Assembly: GCA_964446855.1 (NCBI GenBank)
Contig: CAYUQM010000001.1
Location: forward strand, 8,507 to 72,506
Direction of reading: 5' to 3'
Length of the DNA: 64,000 nucleotides
Source of the DNA: an uncultured Muribaculaceae bacterium
GTDB lineage: Bacteria; Cyanobacteriota; Vampirovibrionia; Gastranaerophilales; Gastranaerophilaceae
Made by a program: the position numbers and the translations under genes. Below, piece by piece: positions 46,524 to 57,229 of this stretch; positions within the stretch are counted from its first letter, which is position 1; each line of letters opens with the position of its first letter. The notes under the pieces are model-generated. The model searched no databases. It had not been told where the DNA came from and worked only from the letters and a program-made list of their open reading frames with translations.

Positions 46524-46594
46524 GAAAATGTATTTGCGGTATAAGTATGTTTATGCTAACCTGTCTGTAACGTAGAATCTGATAGGTGTATTTT

Positions 46595-47326
46595 ATGTCA
46601 ATGAAAAAATATCTCATTGTTTTGCTCTTGTTTGTTACTGCAATTGTTACTGTATATATATTGTGTTTAACAAGACATGCTGATATTGAAATATTTAACG
46701 CAACTGTTAATGTTGAATCTGTTGAAGTTAAATCAAGTGTTGGTGGCAAAATTAAGAGTATAAATGTTTCAGACAACAACGAAGTGAAAAAAGGACAGCT
46801 CATCGCTGAAATTGAAACAGTTTTGCAACCTCAGAGGAAAATTATCTCTCAGGATGAGTCTGAAGCAGATTACGAAAATATAGCTATTATGTATAAAGAT
46901 GGCGTTATCTCAAAAGAAGAATATGATGCTCAAGTGAAAAATATGATGGAAAAATCTTCCGTCTCAGAGCAAAAAAACGAAAATATTAAAACTACCAAAA
47001 TTTATTCACCAATAGATGGTTTTGCTAAAATCGCTGATGTAAAAATAGGTGATTATGTTAAAAAAGAAGCTCTTATTGCTAATGTCTATTCTCTGGATAG
47101 AAGTGTTAGGGCATATTTTCCGGTTACATACAAGAATGCCGTTAAAGTTGATAAGAATGTCGAAATTTCTATAATAAAATATCCGGAAAAGGAATTCACT
47201 GGCAAGATTTCAGCATTAGAAAAACCTGAGCCGCAAGGACTTCCGGTTACTATATTGTTCAATGATGATACTTCTAACTTAGATATCCAAAATGGTGATT
47301 CGGTTATTGTAAAACTAAAAAACTAA
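46595..47326 (+). CDS. Membrane-fusion (HlyD/RND adaptor)-like protein, short form, N-terminal TM anchor
   Basis: Two barrel-sandwich half motifs: [30 protein letters not shown] and [22 protein letters not shown]. Start is ambiguous (46586, 46595 or 46601). Confidence 0.55.
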   Translation: MSMKKYLIVLLLFVTAIVTVYILCLTRHADIEIFNATVNVESVEVKSSVGGKIKSINVSDNNEVKKGQLIAEIETVLQPQRKIISQDESEADYENIAIMYKDGVISKEEYDAQVKNMMEKSSVSEQKNENIKTTKIYSPIDGFAKIADVKIGDYVKKEALIANVYSLDRSVRAYFPVTYKNAVKVDKNVEISIIKYPEKEFTGKISALEKPEPQGLPVTILFNDDTSNLDIQNGDSVIVKLKN

Positions 47327-49308
47327 TCACACATTTCTCGAAGCTTTTTCAATTTATCTCTAATTTCTGCTGCGCGTTCGAAATCAAGAATTTTCGCTGC
47401 TTTGTGCATATCTTTTTCAAGCTTATCAATAAGTTTAGGTAAGTCTTTCTTGTCAATACCCAAATCAACCATTTCTTCGGCAACAATATCCTCTAAATCA
47501 CGATAACTTGCAACAAGTGAAAGTAAATTATTTTCGATAGGCTTTTTAATGGTTTGCGGAACAATACCGTACTTATTATTGTGTGCTATTTGAATTTTTC
47601 GGCGACGTTCTGTTTCGTCAATAGCCTTCTGCATTGAGTCGGTAATCTTATCCGCATACATTATAACCTCACCGCAAGCGTTACGCGCAGCACGACCAAT
47701 CGTCTGGATTAAACTTGTTTCAGAACGCAAGAAACCTTCCTTATCCGCATCCATAATCGCAACGAGCGAAACCTCAGGAATATCCAAACCTTCTCTTAAG
47801 AGGTTTACCCCGATAAGCACATCAAACTCACCAAGACGCAAATCCCTGAGAATTTCTACGCGTTCCAGCGACTGAATACCGCTATGCAAATATCTTACTC
47901 TAATTCCTTCTTGTATAAAGAAATCAGTTAAATCTTCTGCCATACGTTTTGTAAGGGTTGTAATAAGTACGCGCTCGTTTTTATCGCAGCGCTTCTGAAT
48001 TTCGCCTTTTAAGTCATTAATTTGAGTTGCAATAGGACGGACAGAAATTTTAGGGTCAACAAGTCCCGTTGGACGAATAATTTGTTCAACAAGCTGCGTT
48101 GAAGTATTTCGCTCGAAATCGGCAGGAGTTGCTGAAATATAAATCTTTTGATGAACCTTATCGAAAAACTCATCATTCTTAAGCGGTCTGTTATCCTTTG
48201 CGCAAGGAAGTCTGAACCCGTAATTAATAAGCGTATCTTTTCTTGCAGCATCCCCGTGAGACATCCCTTTTAATTGTGGCAGGGTAACGTGAGATTCGTC
48301 GATTACGGTTAAAAAATCACCCCTGAAATAATCCAATAATGTTGCAGGAGCTGAACCCGGAGCACGGCGTTCAATAATTCTTGAATAATTCTCAATTCCT
48401 GAACAGTAGCCCATTTCCTTAATCATTTCAATATCATATTTTACACGCTGTTCAAGCCTTTGAGCTTCCACGAGTTTATTTTCATTATTCAACTCAACAA
48501 GCCTGTGTTGCAATTCTTCCCTAATAAGGGCAATCGTCTCGTCAACATTTTCATCATAAGAAAGGTAGTGAACCGCAGGATAAATAACCACGCTTTCTGG
48601 AGTTTCGAGGATTTCGCCCGTAACATTATCAATTCTTACGATTTTTTCGATTTCATCCCCGAAAAAACAAATTCTTGTGATAACCTTCTCGTAAGCAGGC
48701 ATAATTTCAACGATATCGCCTTTAGCACGGAAGGTTGATCGCTCAAGCACCAAATCGTTTCGTGAATACTGAACACTTACAAGGTGATTGAGCAAAACAT
48801 CACGTTCAACTTCATCCCCGACTTTAAGCTCAACAGAACCCCTGAAATAATTTTCAGGAAGCCCCAATCCGTAAATACAACTCACGGAAGCCACAATAAT
48901 AACATCATCACGTTCGTAAAGGCTTCTGGTCGTGTTATGTCTCAGCCGGTCTATTTCTTCGTTAATAGAAGCTGATTTTTCGATATAAGTATCTGTACGC
49001 GGGATATAAGCCTCAGGCTGGTAGTAATCATAATAACTTATAAAATACTCAACCGCATTATCGGGAAAAAGTTCCTTAAATTCGTTATATAACTGAGCCG
49101 CAAGGGTCTTATTATGCGCTATAATAAGAGTTGGTTTCTGCACCTTTTCGATAACATTTGCGATAGTAAATGTTTTACCTGAACCGGTAATCCCCAGCAA
49201 CGTCTGCGCATCATCCCCGCGAAAAACTCCGTCTACAAGTTCATTAATTGCCTTTGGCTGATCCCCTGCTGGGGTATATTTAGAATTTATCTTAAACTTT
49301 TTCTCCAT
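47323..49308 (-). CDS. uvrB: Excinuclease ABC subunit B
   Basis: [23 protein letters not shown], a helicase C domain, and a C-terminal UVR motif (FERAAEIRD). The ORF opens at 49344; [11 protein letters not shown] at 49308 fits the usual N-terminus. Confidence 0.95.
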   Translation of the reverse strand: MEKKFKINSKYTPAGDQPKAINELVDGVFRGDDAQTLLGITGSGKTFTIANVIEKVQKPTLIIAHNKTLAAQLYNEFKELFPDNAVEYFISYYDYYQPEAYIPRTDTYIEKSASINEEIDRLRHNTTRSLYERDDVIIVASVSCIYGLGLPENYFRGSVELKVGDEVERDVLLNHLVSVQYSRNDLVLERSTFRAKGDIVEIMPAYEKVITRICFFGDEIEKIVRIDNVTGEILETPESVVIYPAVHYLSYDENVDETIALIREELQHRLVELNNENKLVEAQRLEQRVKYDIEMIKEMGYCSGIENYSRIIERRAPGSAPATLLDYFRGDFLTVIDESHVTLPQLKGMSHGDAARKDTLINYGFRLPCAKDNRPLKNDEFFDKVHQKIYISATPADFERNTSTQLVEQIIRPTGLVDPKISVRPIATQINDLKGEIQKRCDKNERVLITTLTKRMAEDLTDFFIQEGIRVRYLHSGIQSLERVEILRDLRLGEFDVLIGVNLLREGLDIPEVSLVAIMDADKEGFLRSETSLIQTIGRAARNACGEVIMYADKITDSMQKAIDETERRRKIQIAHNNKYGIVPQTIKKPIENNLLSLVASYRDLEDIVAEEMVDLGIDKKDLPKLIDKLEKDMHKAAKILDFERAAEIRDKLKKLREMCD

Positions 49309-49366
49309 ATAACTAAATTTTACCAAACAAATTGAATTTTTCAAACCTCAGTGATACAATTTCTCT

Positions 49367-50284
49367 ATGAAAGAAATTAAAAATGTATTGTTATGCGGAC
49401 TGGGTGCTGTAGGAACAGTTTACGCAGAAAAATTTCATAAAAATAACTCCGAAAATTTTCGAGTGCTTGTTGATAAGGATAGGTTAGTGCGTTATCAGCA
49501 GAATCCGATATCATATAACGGCAAAATTATTGAATTTAATTATATTCTGCCCGAAGACACCAGTTTTAAAGCTGATTTAATTATTATTGCAACAAAACAA
49601 ACGGGTTTAGAAGAAGCCTTAAACAACATAACAAACTTTATAAAAGAAGAAACAATCATTATCCCGCTTTTAAACGGTGTTACGAGTGAAGAACTAACCG
49701 CCACAAAATACGGATGGGAGAAAGTCCTCTATGGATACTTTATCGGGCACAGCGCGGTCAGAAAAGGCAATTCAATAAGTCACGACGGAGTCAACACTCT
49801 TGTCTTCGGCTCAGAAAACCAATCTGATGAAAGGGTTCAAGCTGTTCAAAAATATTTTGAGGAAGTCGGGATTAATTATTCCATTCCCGAAGATATTCGC
49901 CGTTCCTTGTGGCTTAAATTTATGCTGAACGTAGCTTCAAACCCGACCACAGCATTACTGAGGATGACTTTTGGCGAGATGCTCAATTCAAAAAAGTTTA
50001 TGCAGCTTGCGATAGCTATAATGAAAGAAGTTCAAGCCGTTGCAAAAGCCGAAGGTATTAACAATACGGACACAATGATTGACGAAACAATCACGCATTT
50101 AAAAACTATGCTTCCTGATGGAAAAACCTCAATGTTACAGGATGTTGAGGCTGGCAGACTGACTGAAAATGATATGTTTGCGGGTACTGTAATTAAGCTC
50201 GCGGAAAAACATCATATTAAAGCACCCTACTGTAGTTTTTTAGATGAGATGTTTCAAATTATTCACGAAAACTATAGTGCCTGA
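49367..50284 (+). CDS. panE: 2-dehydropantoate 2-reductase (ApbA/PanE family)
   Basis: CGLGAVGTVYA Rossmann motif, and TSMLQDVEAGRLTE in the C-domain. Confidence 0.8.
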   Translation: MKEIKNVLLCGLGAVGTVYAEKFHKNNSENFRVLVDKDRLVRYQQNPISYNGKIIEFNYILPEDTSFKADLIIIATKQTGLEEALNNITNFIKEETIIIPLLNGVTSEELTATKYGWEKVLYGYFIGHSAVRKGNSISHDGVNTLVFGSENQSDERVQAVQKYFEEVGINYSIPEDIRRSLWLKFMLNVASNPTTALLRMTFGEMLNSKKFMQLAIAIMKEVQAVAKAEGINNTDTMIDETITHLKTMLPDGKTSMLQDVEAGRLTENDMFAGTVIKLAEKHHIKAPYCSFLDEMFQIIHENYSA

Positions 50285-50459
50285 GTCACGGCACTATTAC
50301 GCTTTATAATCAGTCCTACACTAACCCTCTCCTATTGGGTACAGTCTGGTTCTTTGCAATGATGTTTCAAGATGTGCACATAACATGTTTTATGTAGAGT
50401 TAACCTATTGTGTTGTAATCACTTTAGTGATAATATCTCTCATGAATAAGGGGATATAT

Positions 50460-51431
50460 ATGGATATTTTATTTATTATTGATAGAGTTGAGTTGAAGTA
50501 TTTTGAGTTTAATAATCTTGTTACCAATTTTTGGCTGATTAAAGAACTCATAAGTAACAATAATAATGTTTATATTACGACTATTGACGGTTTGCTTTTA
50601 AAATCAGGAAAGGCATGGACTCACTGTTTTAAGGCTTATGAACAAGACGAGAATATTTTCTATGATAAATCAGATATCCTTAAAGAAATCGAAAGCTTTA
50701 AGCTTGTTATGTTCAGACAAGATCCGCCTTTTGATTTGGATTACTTAAATTCAACTTATATTTTTGATTTTGTTGATAGTGAAAAAACTCTTGTTTTGAA
50801 CAATCCTGCAGCGATTAGAGATTTTAACGAAAAACTCCATGCGGTGAGATTTTTGGACTTGATGCCTGAAAATATAGTTACATCTTCAAAGTCAGATATC
50901 ATATCTTTCTTAAACGAACATGAAGAAATTGTCCTGAAACCTTTGAACAGATGCTTTGGGGCAGGAGTAATGACCCTGAAGAGAGGGGATAAAAACACAG
51001 CCGTTATTATAAATTCTATGACAAATAACGGTTCTACTCTTTGCATGGTTCAAAAATATATCCCTAAGGCTGTTTGTGGCGATAAACGGGTGTTATTCTT
51101 AGGCGGAAAGGTTCTTCCATACTGTGTGCAAAAATTGCCGAGCAATGATGATTTTAAATTTAATGAGCATTGTGATGAAAATATTATTAAGGCGGAGCTT
51201 ACAGCAGATGAGCTTGAAAAATTTACTCCTGTTGCTGAAGAAATGTATAAAATGGGGCTTTCAATGGTTGGATTGGATGTTATCGACGGCAAAATTATTG
51301 AAATTAACGTAACAAGTCCTTGTTATTTTATTAAAGAAACTAACAATCACTTTGGCTGCCATCTTGAAAAAGAAATCACGCAATTTATTTTGGGCGAAGT
51401 TCGGAATAAATTTATGGCGGGTGTTATTTAA
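50460..51431 (+). CDS. gshB: ATP-grasp enzyme, prokaryotic glutathione synthetase (GshB)-like
   Basis: FRQDPPFDLDYLNSTYIFD, NNPAAIRDFNEKL, LKPLNRCFGAGV, GDKRVLFLGGKVLPYCVQKLPSNDDFKFN and EINVTSP. The ATG at 50460 has an AAGGGG SD. Confidence 0.75.
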   Translation: MDILFIIDRVELKYFEFNNLVTNFWLIKELISNNNNVYITTIDGLLLKSGKAWTHCFKAYEQDENIFYDKSDILKEIESFKLVMFRQDPPFDLDYLNSTYIFDFVDSEKTLVLNNPAAIRDFNEKLHAVRFLDLMPENIVTSSKSDIISFLNEHEEIVLKPLNRCFGAGVMTLKRGDKNTAVIINSMTNNGSTLCMVQKYIPKAVCGDKRVLFLGGKVLPYCVQKLPSNDDFKFNEHCDENIIKAELTADELEKFTPVAEEMYKMGLSMVGLDVIDGKIIEINVTSPCYFIKETNNHFGCHLEKEITQFILGEVRNKFMAGVI

Positions 51432-54267
51432 GATTTAATCTGAAACGTTTAATTCTTTCTTTGACCAATTCGTCTTTTTCCGGCATATTTTCATCAGGGT
51501 TTAATATAAACACTAAATCCTGAAGTGTTGCATTGCCGTTTTTGACATCGGAATTAACCCAATCTGATATTTCGTTACGATAGTCAAGGTATTTGTGTTG
51601 CAGTCCTGCTAAATTCAGACGTTTTGTTGCTTTTAATTCCATATGTGTACCATTTTGGGATGTGTAGCATCTTTTTTCAGACGGGAATTTCTTTACCATC
51701 CCAAATAGCTCGATTTTGTCACAGAGTTCTTCAAATTGTAGTCCGTAAACGACAGTGTTTCCGGTTATATCAAATAATACGTCTGCAAGTACCTCTTCCA
51801 TTGCAAGTGTGCTGAGTGCATTTTCTGTAGAAAAATCTTCTTTAGGTATAATAAATAATTTTTGTATTGATTTAATGTTGGGACGTTTTTGACAAGCTAG
51901 TTTTATTGTATCAAAAGAGTTTGTTATTGTTTGAGATTGCCTAAAGTTGAGTCCAAGTTCTGATGTGTATTTGTCCATAAAAATGCTTGGTATAAAGTTA
52001 AAACGCTTGCTTATAAGAAATTTTATTTGTTTTATTTGTTCTTCTTTTTTTAATTCGTTTACTCCGGATATCAGGCATTTAGTGTTTTTAATAACAGCAG
52101 CAGGTGCATTGTTTTTGAATTTTTCTAACATATTAGCTTTTACCTGTAGAGGGTATCCGCTTTTGTCAGAAAATATTATGTTAAGTGTTTTTCCGTATGT
52201 TTTCAGGTATTTTATTAAATTCTCATTATCTTGCGATATAAAATATTCATGGGCAATTTTGTTGAGGTTATATTCTGACAGCGGTTCTACGAAACCGTTA
52301 TATAGCGTGTTTATTCTTGCTTTGTCGATTTTTCTTTTTAGTATAGGAAACTCAAATTGTTTTTGTAATTTATGGGAGCCGATTATTATTTCTTTCTCTC
52401 CTCTGTCAATTTGATGAATGGCTACTTTCAAGTCAGAGAAAGAAAGTTTGTAAACTTCAGGGTTTCCTGTGCATTCATAAACTATTGCCGCAAGAGCGCC
52501 TTCGAGTGCTCTATTAATCCTTGCACCTTCTTCAGATTCGGTTTGGCTTATTTTTACCAACAGTTCTTTTTCGTAATCAGATATAGGCTGACCTTTAAGA
52601 TGTTTCGTCCAAGCTTCAACTTGCTCCTGAGTAAAATCATTTTCTACCACTTTAAAGTAATCATTAATGTAGCTCTGCGGTAAATTCTTTAAATGTCCGC
52701 CGAGAACCGAAAAATACGTATTTTTAAAGTCTTGCATATAACTGATTGCAGCTTTTTGCTCTTCAGTATTTTGTGCAAGTTCTTTTGTTTGATTTAATTT
52801 AAATTGTGCGAGTTCTTTTATTCGTTGTGTTTTGTTTCGTAAAATTTGGCGTTTTAATTCTTCAAACGTACCGCGCGCAATTGCAGTTTGGACTTTTATT
52901 TGAGATTGTCTGATATTGTAACCTAATTTATCTGCATGTTGCGGGTTGTTTTGCCAAAATTCGTTCATTACTCTTGACTGAAATTCACTGAATTCTTTGT
53001 CAGAATATAGTAAGTCAGCAGGTTTGTAAATTTGATTTTCTTTAAGATGTTGTGATAAATCTTTTATTATATCTGTGGAGTTATTCCATGCATCAATCAT
53101 TGTGAATTTCAGCGGTTCTGAACCGGCTTTCAATTTTGAAATATAGTCAGTTCTTTCTGCCGGTGTCATTTCTGCCCATCTTGAAACGAGATGCTGCATA
53201 CGACGGATATGAAGACTGTCTTTTTCAGCTTCTGTCATACGTTCTTGATATAGTTTCAGGTTGTTTGTTGCCCATTTTATAAAAAATTCGTCTTTTGCAA
53301 GCAGAGTCGAGCCGACTTTTACATGCTTTCTGGGAGAACGTTTAATCGCAGGTTCTTGTCCTTCTGATTTGGTCTGCTCTTTTTTTGCCTCATCCCGTTG
53401 AAACTTTTTGAATTGCTTGAGCATATCCAATTCTGAAGTTTGAGTTGCAATCATATCTAAAATCTCGTTTCTGGAAAGAGAAGCCCACCAACTTTCAAAC
53501 TCTTGAACAGATTTTTTATTTCTTGCAGTTCGTTCCTCCATTGGTAAGTTATTCCAAAATTCGGAAATTTTATTTCCTACATAATCAGAATATCCGTCAA
53601 CGGTATATCTTAGAGATTGTCTGTATTCAAATTCTGGAACCTTAATTCCCAGCGAAGTAAGTGTACTCGGATAAATATAGCGTGCGTCATTGTTTCCGGA
53701 TTTAAAATCGGTCTTAAAATCTTCGTTTAAGTCTTTGTCTAAATCTTTGTTAATTTCTGCAATGGTTTTATTTTCAAGGAATATTTTCTTTATGAGATAT
53801 ACAGTCAAATTACTTTTATCTTTTAATACACCTTGATTATAGAGTTCCAGCAATTCATTGTTTTCTCTTACTGAATTCAAAATTCCCCTGGTTGCTTTTG
53901 ACTCAGTCGGATTAATTAAGCTGTCAAACAAAGATTCGTCAGGGTATGCGGACTTGATATCTTCAATACTTTGAGAAATTTCCAATAATTCAAATGCATT
54001 TTTTTGAGCTTCCAGTGGTGTCTGCTTTGATTTATCATCAAGACTTTCTATATATGTTCTAACTGTTTCCGGCATTCTATCTTTGTTTACGTTATAAAAA
54101 CGTTCCAACCCTTTATCAACCCTCGCTTCAAAAGATAATAAATAATCGTTGTAGCCGAGAGGTAATGTATTAGTGTTATTTGGTTCTATTTTAGGATTCT
54201 TATTTTTTGATTCTGGTAAATTTTGAGCTTTGTAAAAATGGGTAATCGGGTAAATTTTCATGCACAC
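51424..54267 (-). CDS. Large hypothetical protein (about 945 aa), predicted all-helical, internally repetitive
   Basis: Uninterrupted 2.8-kb ORF. No family recognised. Repeated W-x2-[LM]-[PT]-x2-ER and L-x2-[VA]-[LV]-x-[DE]-x-TGN-x2-VY-x-L-x-F-x-[DE]L segments. Confidence 0.55.
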   Translation of the reverse strand: MCMKIYPITHFYKAQNLPESKNKNPKIEPNNTNTLPLGYNDYLLSFEARVDKGLERFYNVNKDRMPETVRTYIESLDDKSKQTPLEAQKNAFELLEISQSIEDIKSAYPDESLFDSLINPTESKATRGILNSVRENNELLELYNQGVLKDKSNLTVYLIKKIFLENKTIAEINKDLDKDLNEDFKTDFKSGNNDARYIYPSTLTSLGIKVPEFEYRQSLRYTVDGYSDYVGNKISEFWNNLPMEERTARNKKSVQEFESWWASLSRNEILDMIATQTSELDMLKQFKKFQRDEAKKEQTKSEGQEPAIKRSPRKHVKVGSTLLAKDEFFIKWATNNLKLYQERMTEAEKDSLHIRRMQHLVSRWAEMTPAERTDYISKLKAGSEPLKFTMIDAWNNSTDIIKDLSQHLKENQIYKPADLLYSDKEFSEFQSRVMNEFWQNNPQHADKLGYNIRQSQIKVQTAIARGTFEELKRQILRNKTQRIKELAQFKLNQTKELAQNTEEQKAAISYMQDFKNTYFSVLGGHLKNLPQSYINDYFKVVENDFTQEQVEAWTKHLKGQPISDYEKELLVKISQTESEEGARINRALEGALAAIVYECTGNPEVYKLSFSDLKVAIHQIDRGEKEIIIGSHKLQKQFEFPILKRKIDKARINTLYNGFVEPLSEYNLNKIAHEYFISQDNENLIKYLKTYGKTLNIIFSDKSGYPLQVKANMLEKFKNNAPAAVIKNTKCLISGVNELKKEEQIKQIKFLISKRFNFIPSIFMDKYTSELGLNFRQSQTITNSFDTIKLACQKRPNIKSIQKLFIIPKEDFSTENALSTLAMEEVLADVLFDITGNTVVYGLQFEELCDKIELFGMVKKFPSEKRCYTSQNGTHMELKATKRLNLAGLQHKYLDYRNEISDWVNSDVKNGNATLQDLVFILNPDENMPEKDELVKERIKRFRLNLK

Positions 54268-54327
54268 TTATCCTATAAGTACTTCACAATTTTTTAAAAA
54301 CAGAAACAAAATAAAATTTGCTAGTGT

Positions 54328-55401
54328 TTATTTAACTCGTGAAAATACTTCAACGTTAATATCGTCAAAGGTATTAGTGTTAAAATAAGCGCAAGATGCA
54401 ACCATTGCTGCGTTATCCGTGCAGTATTTCATTGGAGGTGCAAAAACTTTGTACCCTTCATCGGACAGCGCGAAAATTTTCTTTCTGATTTCGGAATTTG
54501 CCGCAACTCCGCCTGCTATGACTACTTGATTATAACCGCTTTCTTTAAGCGCTTTTTTAACTTTTTTAACTAATGTAGAAGACACGCACTCCTGAAAACT
54601 TGCGCACACATCCGCCACAGGAACTTCTTGTTCGCCAAATGATTTTACAAGTCGGAGCACTGCAGTTTTTAATCCGCTGAAACTAAACTCAAATTCACCA
54701 ACTTTAGCTTGCGGAAGCTGAAAAGCTTTCGGATTACCTTCTTGAGCCATTTTATCTAGTTTTGGTCCTCCCGGGTATGGCAAACCTATCAAACGAGCAA
54801 CTTTGTCATAAGCTTCTCCGACTGCGTCATCAATGGTTTCTCCGATAATAGTTTGTTCGGAATATGATTTTACGTCAATAAGTTGTGTATGTCCGCCGCT
54901 CACAAGAAGAGCCATAAAAGGCGGCTTTAAATCTGTATCAAGGTAATTCCCGCAAAGGTGTGCGTTCAAATGATTTACTCCGATAAAAGGTTTATCATAC
55001 ACAAGCGCAAGAGATTTTGCGGCATTTAAGCCTACAAGCAAGCATCCGACAAGTCCGGGACCGACGGTTCCCGCAAAAGCGGTTATATCTTCGGGGTTAA
55101 TATTTGCATTTTCTTTTGCTTGGCGAAAAGCTTCTTCAACGACAATATTGATTGAATCCATGTGCTCTCTTGCCGCAATCTCAGGGATAACTCCACCAAA
55201 TTGAGCGTGAGTTTTTATCTGAGAAGCCACAACATTTGCGATTACTTCCCGTCCGTTTTTAACGATAGCGCAGGCAGTCTCGTCACAGCTTGATTCAATT
55301 GCCATTATATAATTATCATATCCGCTTTCGGGACCTATTTGTACAGGTTCTTCCGAAAATAATTTCTTTTTTATCATTTTCATAGTATGATTGTAACACA
55401 A
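54328..55401 (-). CDS. tsaD: tRNA N6-adenosine threonylcarbamoyltransferase
   Basis: AIESSCDETA, VSGGHT, GLPYPGGP, AGGVAAN. The true start is probably internal (for example near 55305). Confidence 0.93.
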   Translation of the reverse strand: MCYNHTMKMIKKKLFSEEPVQIGPESGYDNYIMAIESSCDETACAIVKNGREVIANVVASQIKTHAQFGGVIPEIAAREHMDSINIVVEEAFRQAKENANINPEDITAFAGTVGPGLVGCLLVGLNAAKSLALVYDKPFIGVNHLNAHLCGNYLDTDLKPPFMALLVSGGHTQLIDVKSYSEQTIIGETIDDAVGEAYDKVARLIGLPYPGGPKLDKMAQEGNPKAFQLPQAKVGEFEFSFSGLKTAVLRLVKSFGEQEVPVADVCASFQECVSSTLVKKVKKALKESGYNQVVIAGGVAANSEIRKKIFALSDEGYKVFAPPMKYCTDNAAMVASCAYFNTNTFDDINVEVFSRVK

Positions 55402-55421
55402 ATAAAAAAGGATATGTGTAA

Positions 55422-56705
55422 ATGCAATTTTTAGATAAAACGAAAATCAGAATTATTTCAGGTAAAGGCGGCAACGGAATGGTTGCGTGGCGCCGCGAAA
55501 AATATGTTGATAAAGGCGGACCTGCCGGCGGAGACGGCGGAAAAGGCGGAGACGTCTATCTCGTAGCTGATGAAAATATGTCCACATTAATGGATTTTAA
55601 GTATAAATCTGTATTCAAAGCCGACAGCGGTGAAAACGGCGGTATTAAAAACTGTCACGGTCACGGTGCAAAAGATTTGTTTATAAAGGTTCCTGTCGGA
55701 ACAGTCGTAAGAGACGTTAAAACAGGGAATATTATTGCAGATTTGGTAGACCACGAACAGCAGGTTCTTGTTGCGAAAGGCGGCAGAGGCGGCAGAGGGA
55801 ATGCAAGGTTTGCTACTGCTCAAAAACGCGCTCCGCAATTTTGTGAACCCGGAGAACCTCCTATCGAAAGAGAACTTATCCTTGAGTTGAAACTTATTGC
55901 TGATGTCGGGCTTCTTGGTATGCCAAATGCGGGTAAATCAACCTTTATCAGCCGTATAAGTTCTGCCAAACCTAAAATTGCGGATTATCCGTTTACAACG
56001 CTTATTCCAAACCTTGGGGTTGTGCATAAGCCTTCAGGTGACGGGTTTGTTGTGGCTGATATTCCGGGATTAATCGAAGGTGCAAGCGATGGGGTTGGAC
56101 TGGGTCACGATTTCTTGCGTCATGTTGAACGCTGCCGTTTTCTTGTCCATGTTGTTGATACCACAGCAGATGACCCTATGGCAAATTATGAGATTATTAA
56201 CTCTGAGTTAAAAAAACATTCGGAAAAACTCGCAGGGTTATACCAAATAGTTGCGTTGAATAAAATTGACTCTATTGATGAAGAAAGAAAAACAGAACTT
56301 CTTAAACAGTTTAAAGAAAAATCACAGGATGTGTTCTTAATTTCCTCTGTTACCGGCGAAAATATCGACAGTTTAAAATATTTTATGGGTGAAATGGTTG
56401 AAAAAATTGAAAAACCTGTTTCGGATATTGTTGTTGAAGAGGATTTAGGCGCAACAAACAACGATGATAGTGCTTATGAAATTTCTAAAGTTGCTAAAGA
56501 TACATTTGTTATTGTCGGCGGAAAAATCGGTCGTTTGGCGCAGGTTACGGATGAAAGAAATACCGAGCAGGTAATCAGGTTCCAAAACATCCTGACAGGT
56601 ATGGGAGTATTTGATAAACTTAACGCAATGGGTGTAAAAGACGGCGATACGATTATTGTCGGACATCTTGAATTTGCATATTATGCAGATGAATTTTACG
56701 GCTAA
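55422..56705 (+). CDS. obg: GTPase Obg/CgtA
   Basis: FLDKTKI..GKGGNGMV.WRREK, Gly-rich Obg fold, GMPNAGKST, DIPGLIEGA, NKID, and a C-terminal OCT domain. Confidence 0.95.
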   Translation: MQFLDKTKIRIISGKGGNGMVAWRREKYVDKGGPAGGDGGKGGDVYLVADENMSTLMDFKYKSVFKADSGENGGIKNCHGHGAKDLFIKVPVGTVVRDVKTGNIIADLVDHEQQVLVAKGGRGGRGNARFATAQKRAPQFCEPGEPPIERELILELKLIADVGLLGMPNAGKSTFISRISSAKPKIADYPFTTLIPNLGVVHKPSGDGFVVADIPGLIEGASDGVGLGHDFLRHVERCRFLVHVVDTTADDPMANYEIINSELKKHSEKLAGLYQIVALNKIDSIDEERKTELLKQFKEKSQDVFLISSVTGENIDSLKYFMGEMVEKIEKPVSDIVVEEDLGATNNDDSAYEISKVAKDTFVIVGGKIGRLAQVTDERNTEQVIRFQNILTGMGVFDKLNAMGVKDGDTIIVGHLEFAYYADEFYG

Positions 56706-56722
56706 GATTTTGAGGGGTTTAT

Positions 56723-57139
56723 ATGGCGGTTATTAATGAAAAAATAGTTCTTCATACAAAAGGGAACACAGATATAATTGACATAACACGGCAGGTTAAG
56801 AGTGCTGTGTATAAACATAATCTGCAAAGTGCCGTGGTGCATGTTTATGCGGCAGGCAGTACCGTCGGGATTACGAATATAGAATACGAACCGGGTTTAT
56901 TACAGGATTTGCCTGAAGCTTTAGAAAAATTTGCGGCTGTAAACGCAGAATATCATCACGACGAAACTTGGCACGACGGTAACGGTTACGCGCACGTGAG
57001 AGCTTCTATCGTCGGTAATAATACGATGGTGCCGCTGGTTGACGGAGCTTTGCAGCTCGGACAGTGGCAGCAGATTGTTTTGATTGATTTTGATAACAAA
57101 GCACGTACCAGAAATGTTTGGGTACAGATTGTTGTTTAG
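56723..57139 (+). CDS. yjbQ: YjbQ/UPF0047 family protein (secondary thiamine-phosphate synthase-like)
   Basis: 138 aa with HTTA-like core (HVYAAGSTVGIT), NGYAHVRASIVG and GQWQQIVLIDFD. Confidence 0.8.
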   Translation: MAVINEKIVLHTKGNTDIIDITRQVKSAVYKHNLQSAVVHVYAAGSTVGITNIEYEPGLLQDLPEALEKFAAVNAEYHHDETWHDGNGYAHVRASIVGNNTMVPLVDGALQLGQWQQIVLIDFDNKARTRNVWVQIVV

Positions 57140-57152
57140 TGCAAAAGTTACC

Positions 57153-57204
57153 CTGAACTTGTTCCGAGGTCTTACAGCTAGAGATTCTGAAACAAGTTCA
57201 GAAT
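57153..57204. repeat. REP-like palindrome with two alternative hairpins
   Basis: CTGAACTTGTT (57153-63) pairs with AACAAGTTCAG (57191-201). The alternative is ATTCTGAA-acaag-TTCAGAAT (57184-204), followed by GACATGAG. Confidence 0.65.
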
Positions 57205-57229
57205 GACATGAGATTTTTGAAAGGGATTT

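Noticed and set aside
50285-50459. 175-nt spacer after panE: a small RNA or upstream ORF (MFYVELTYCVVITLVIISLMNKGIY)?
   Set aside because: - It contains a hairpin overlapping the panE stop codon (TAGTGCC-tgagtcac-GGCACTA) that is probably a terminator-like structure without a T-run.
- The 25-codon extension of the gshB-like ORF is hydrophobic junk with no SD.
- Nothing else is recognisable.
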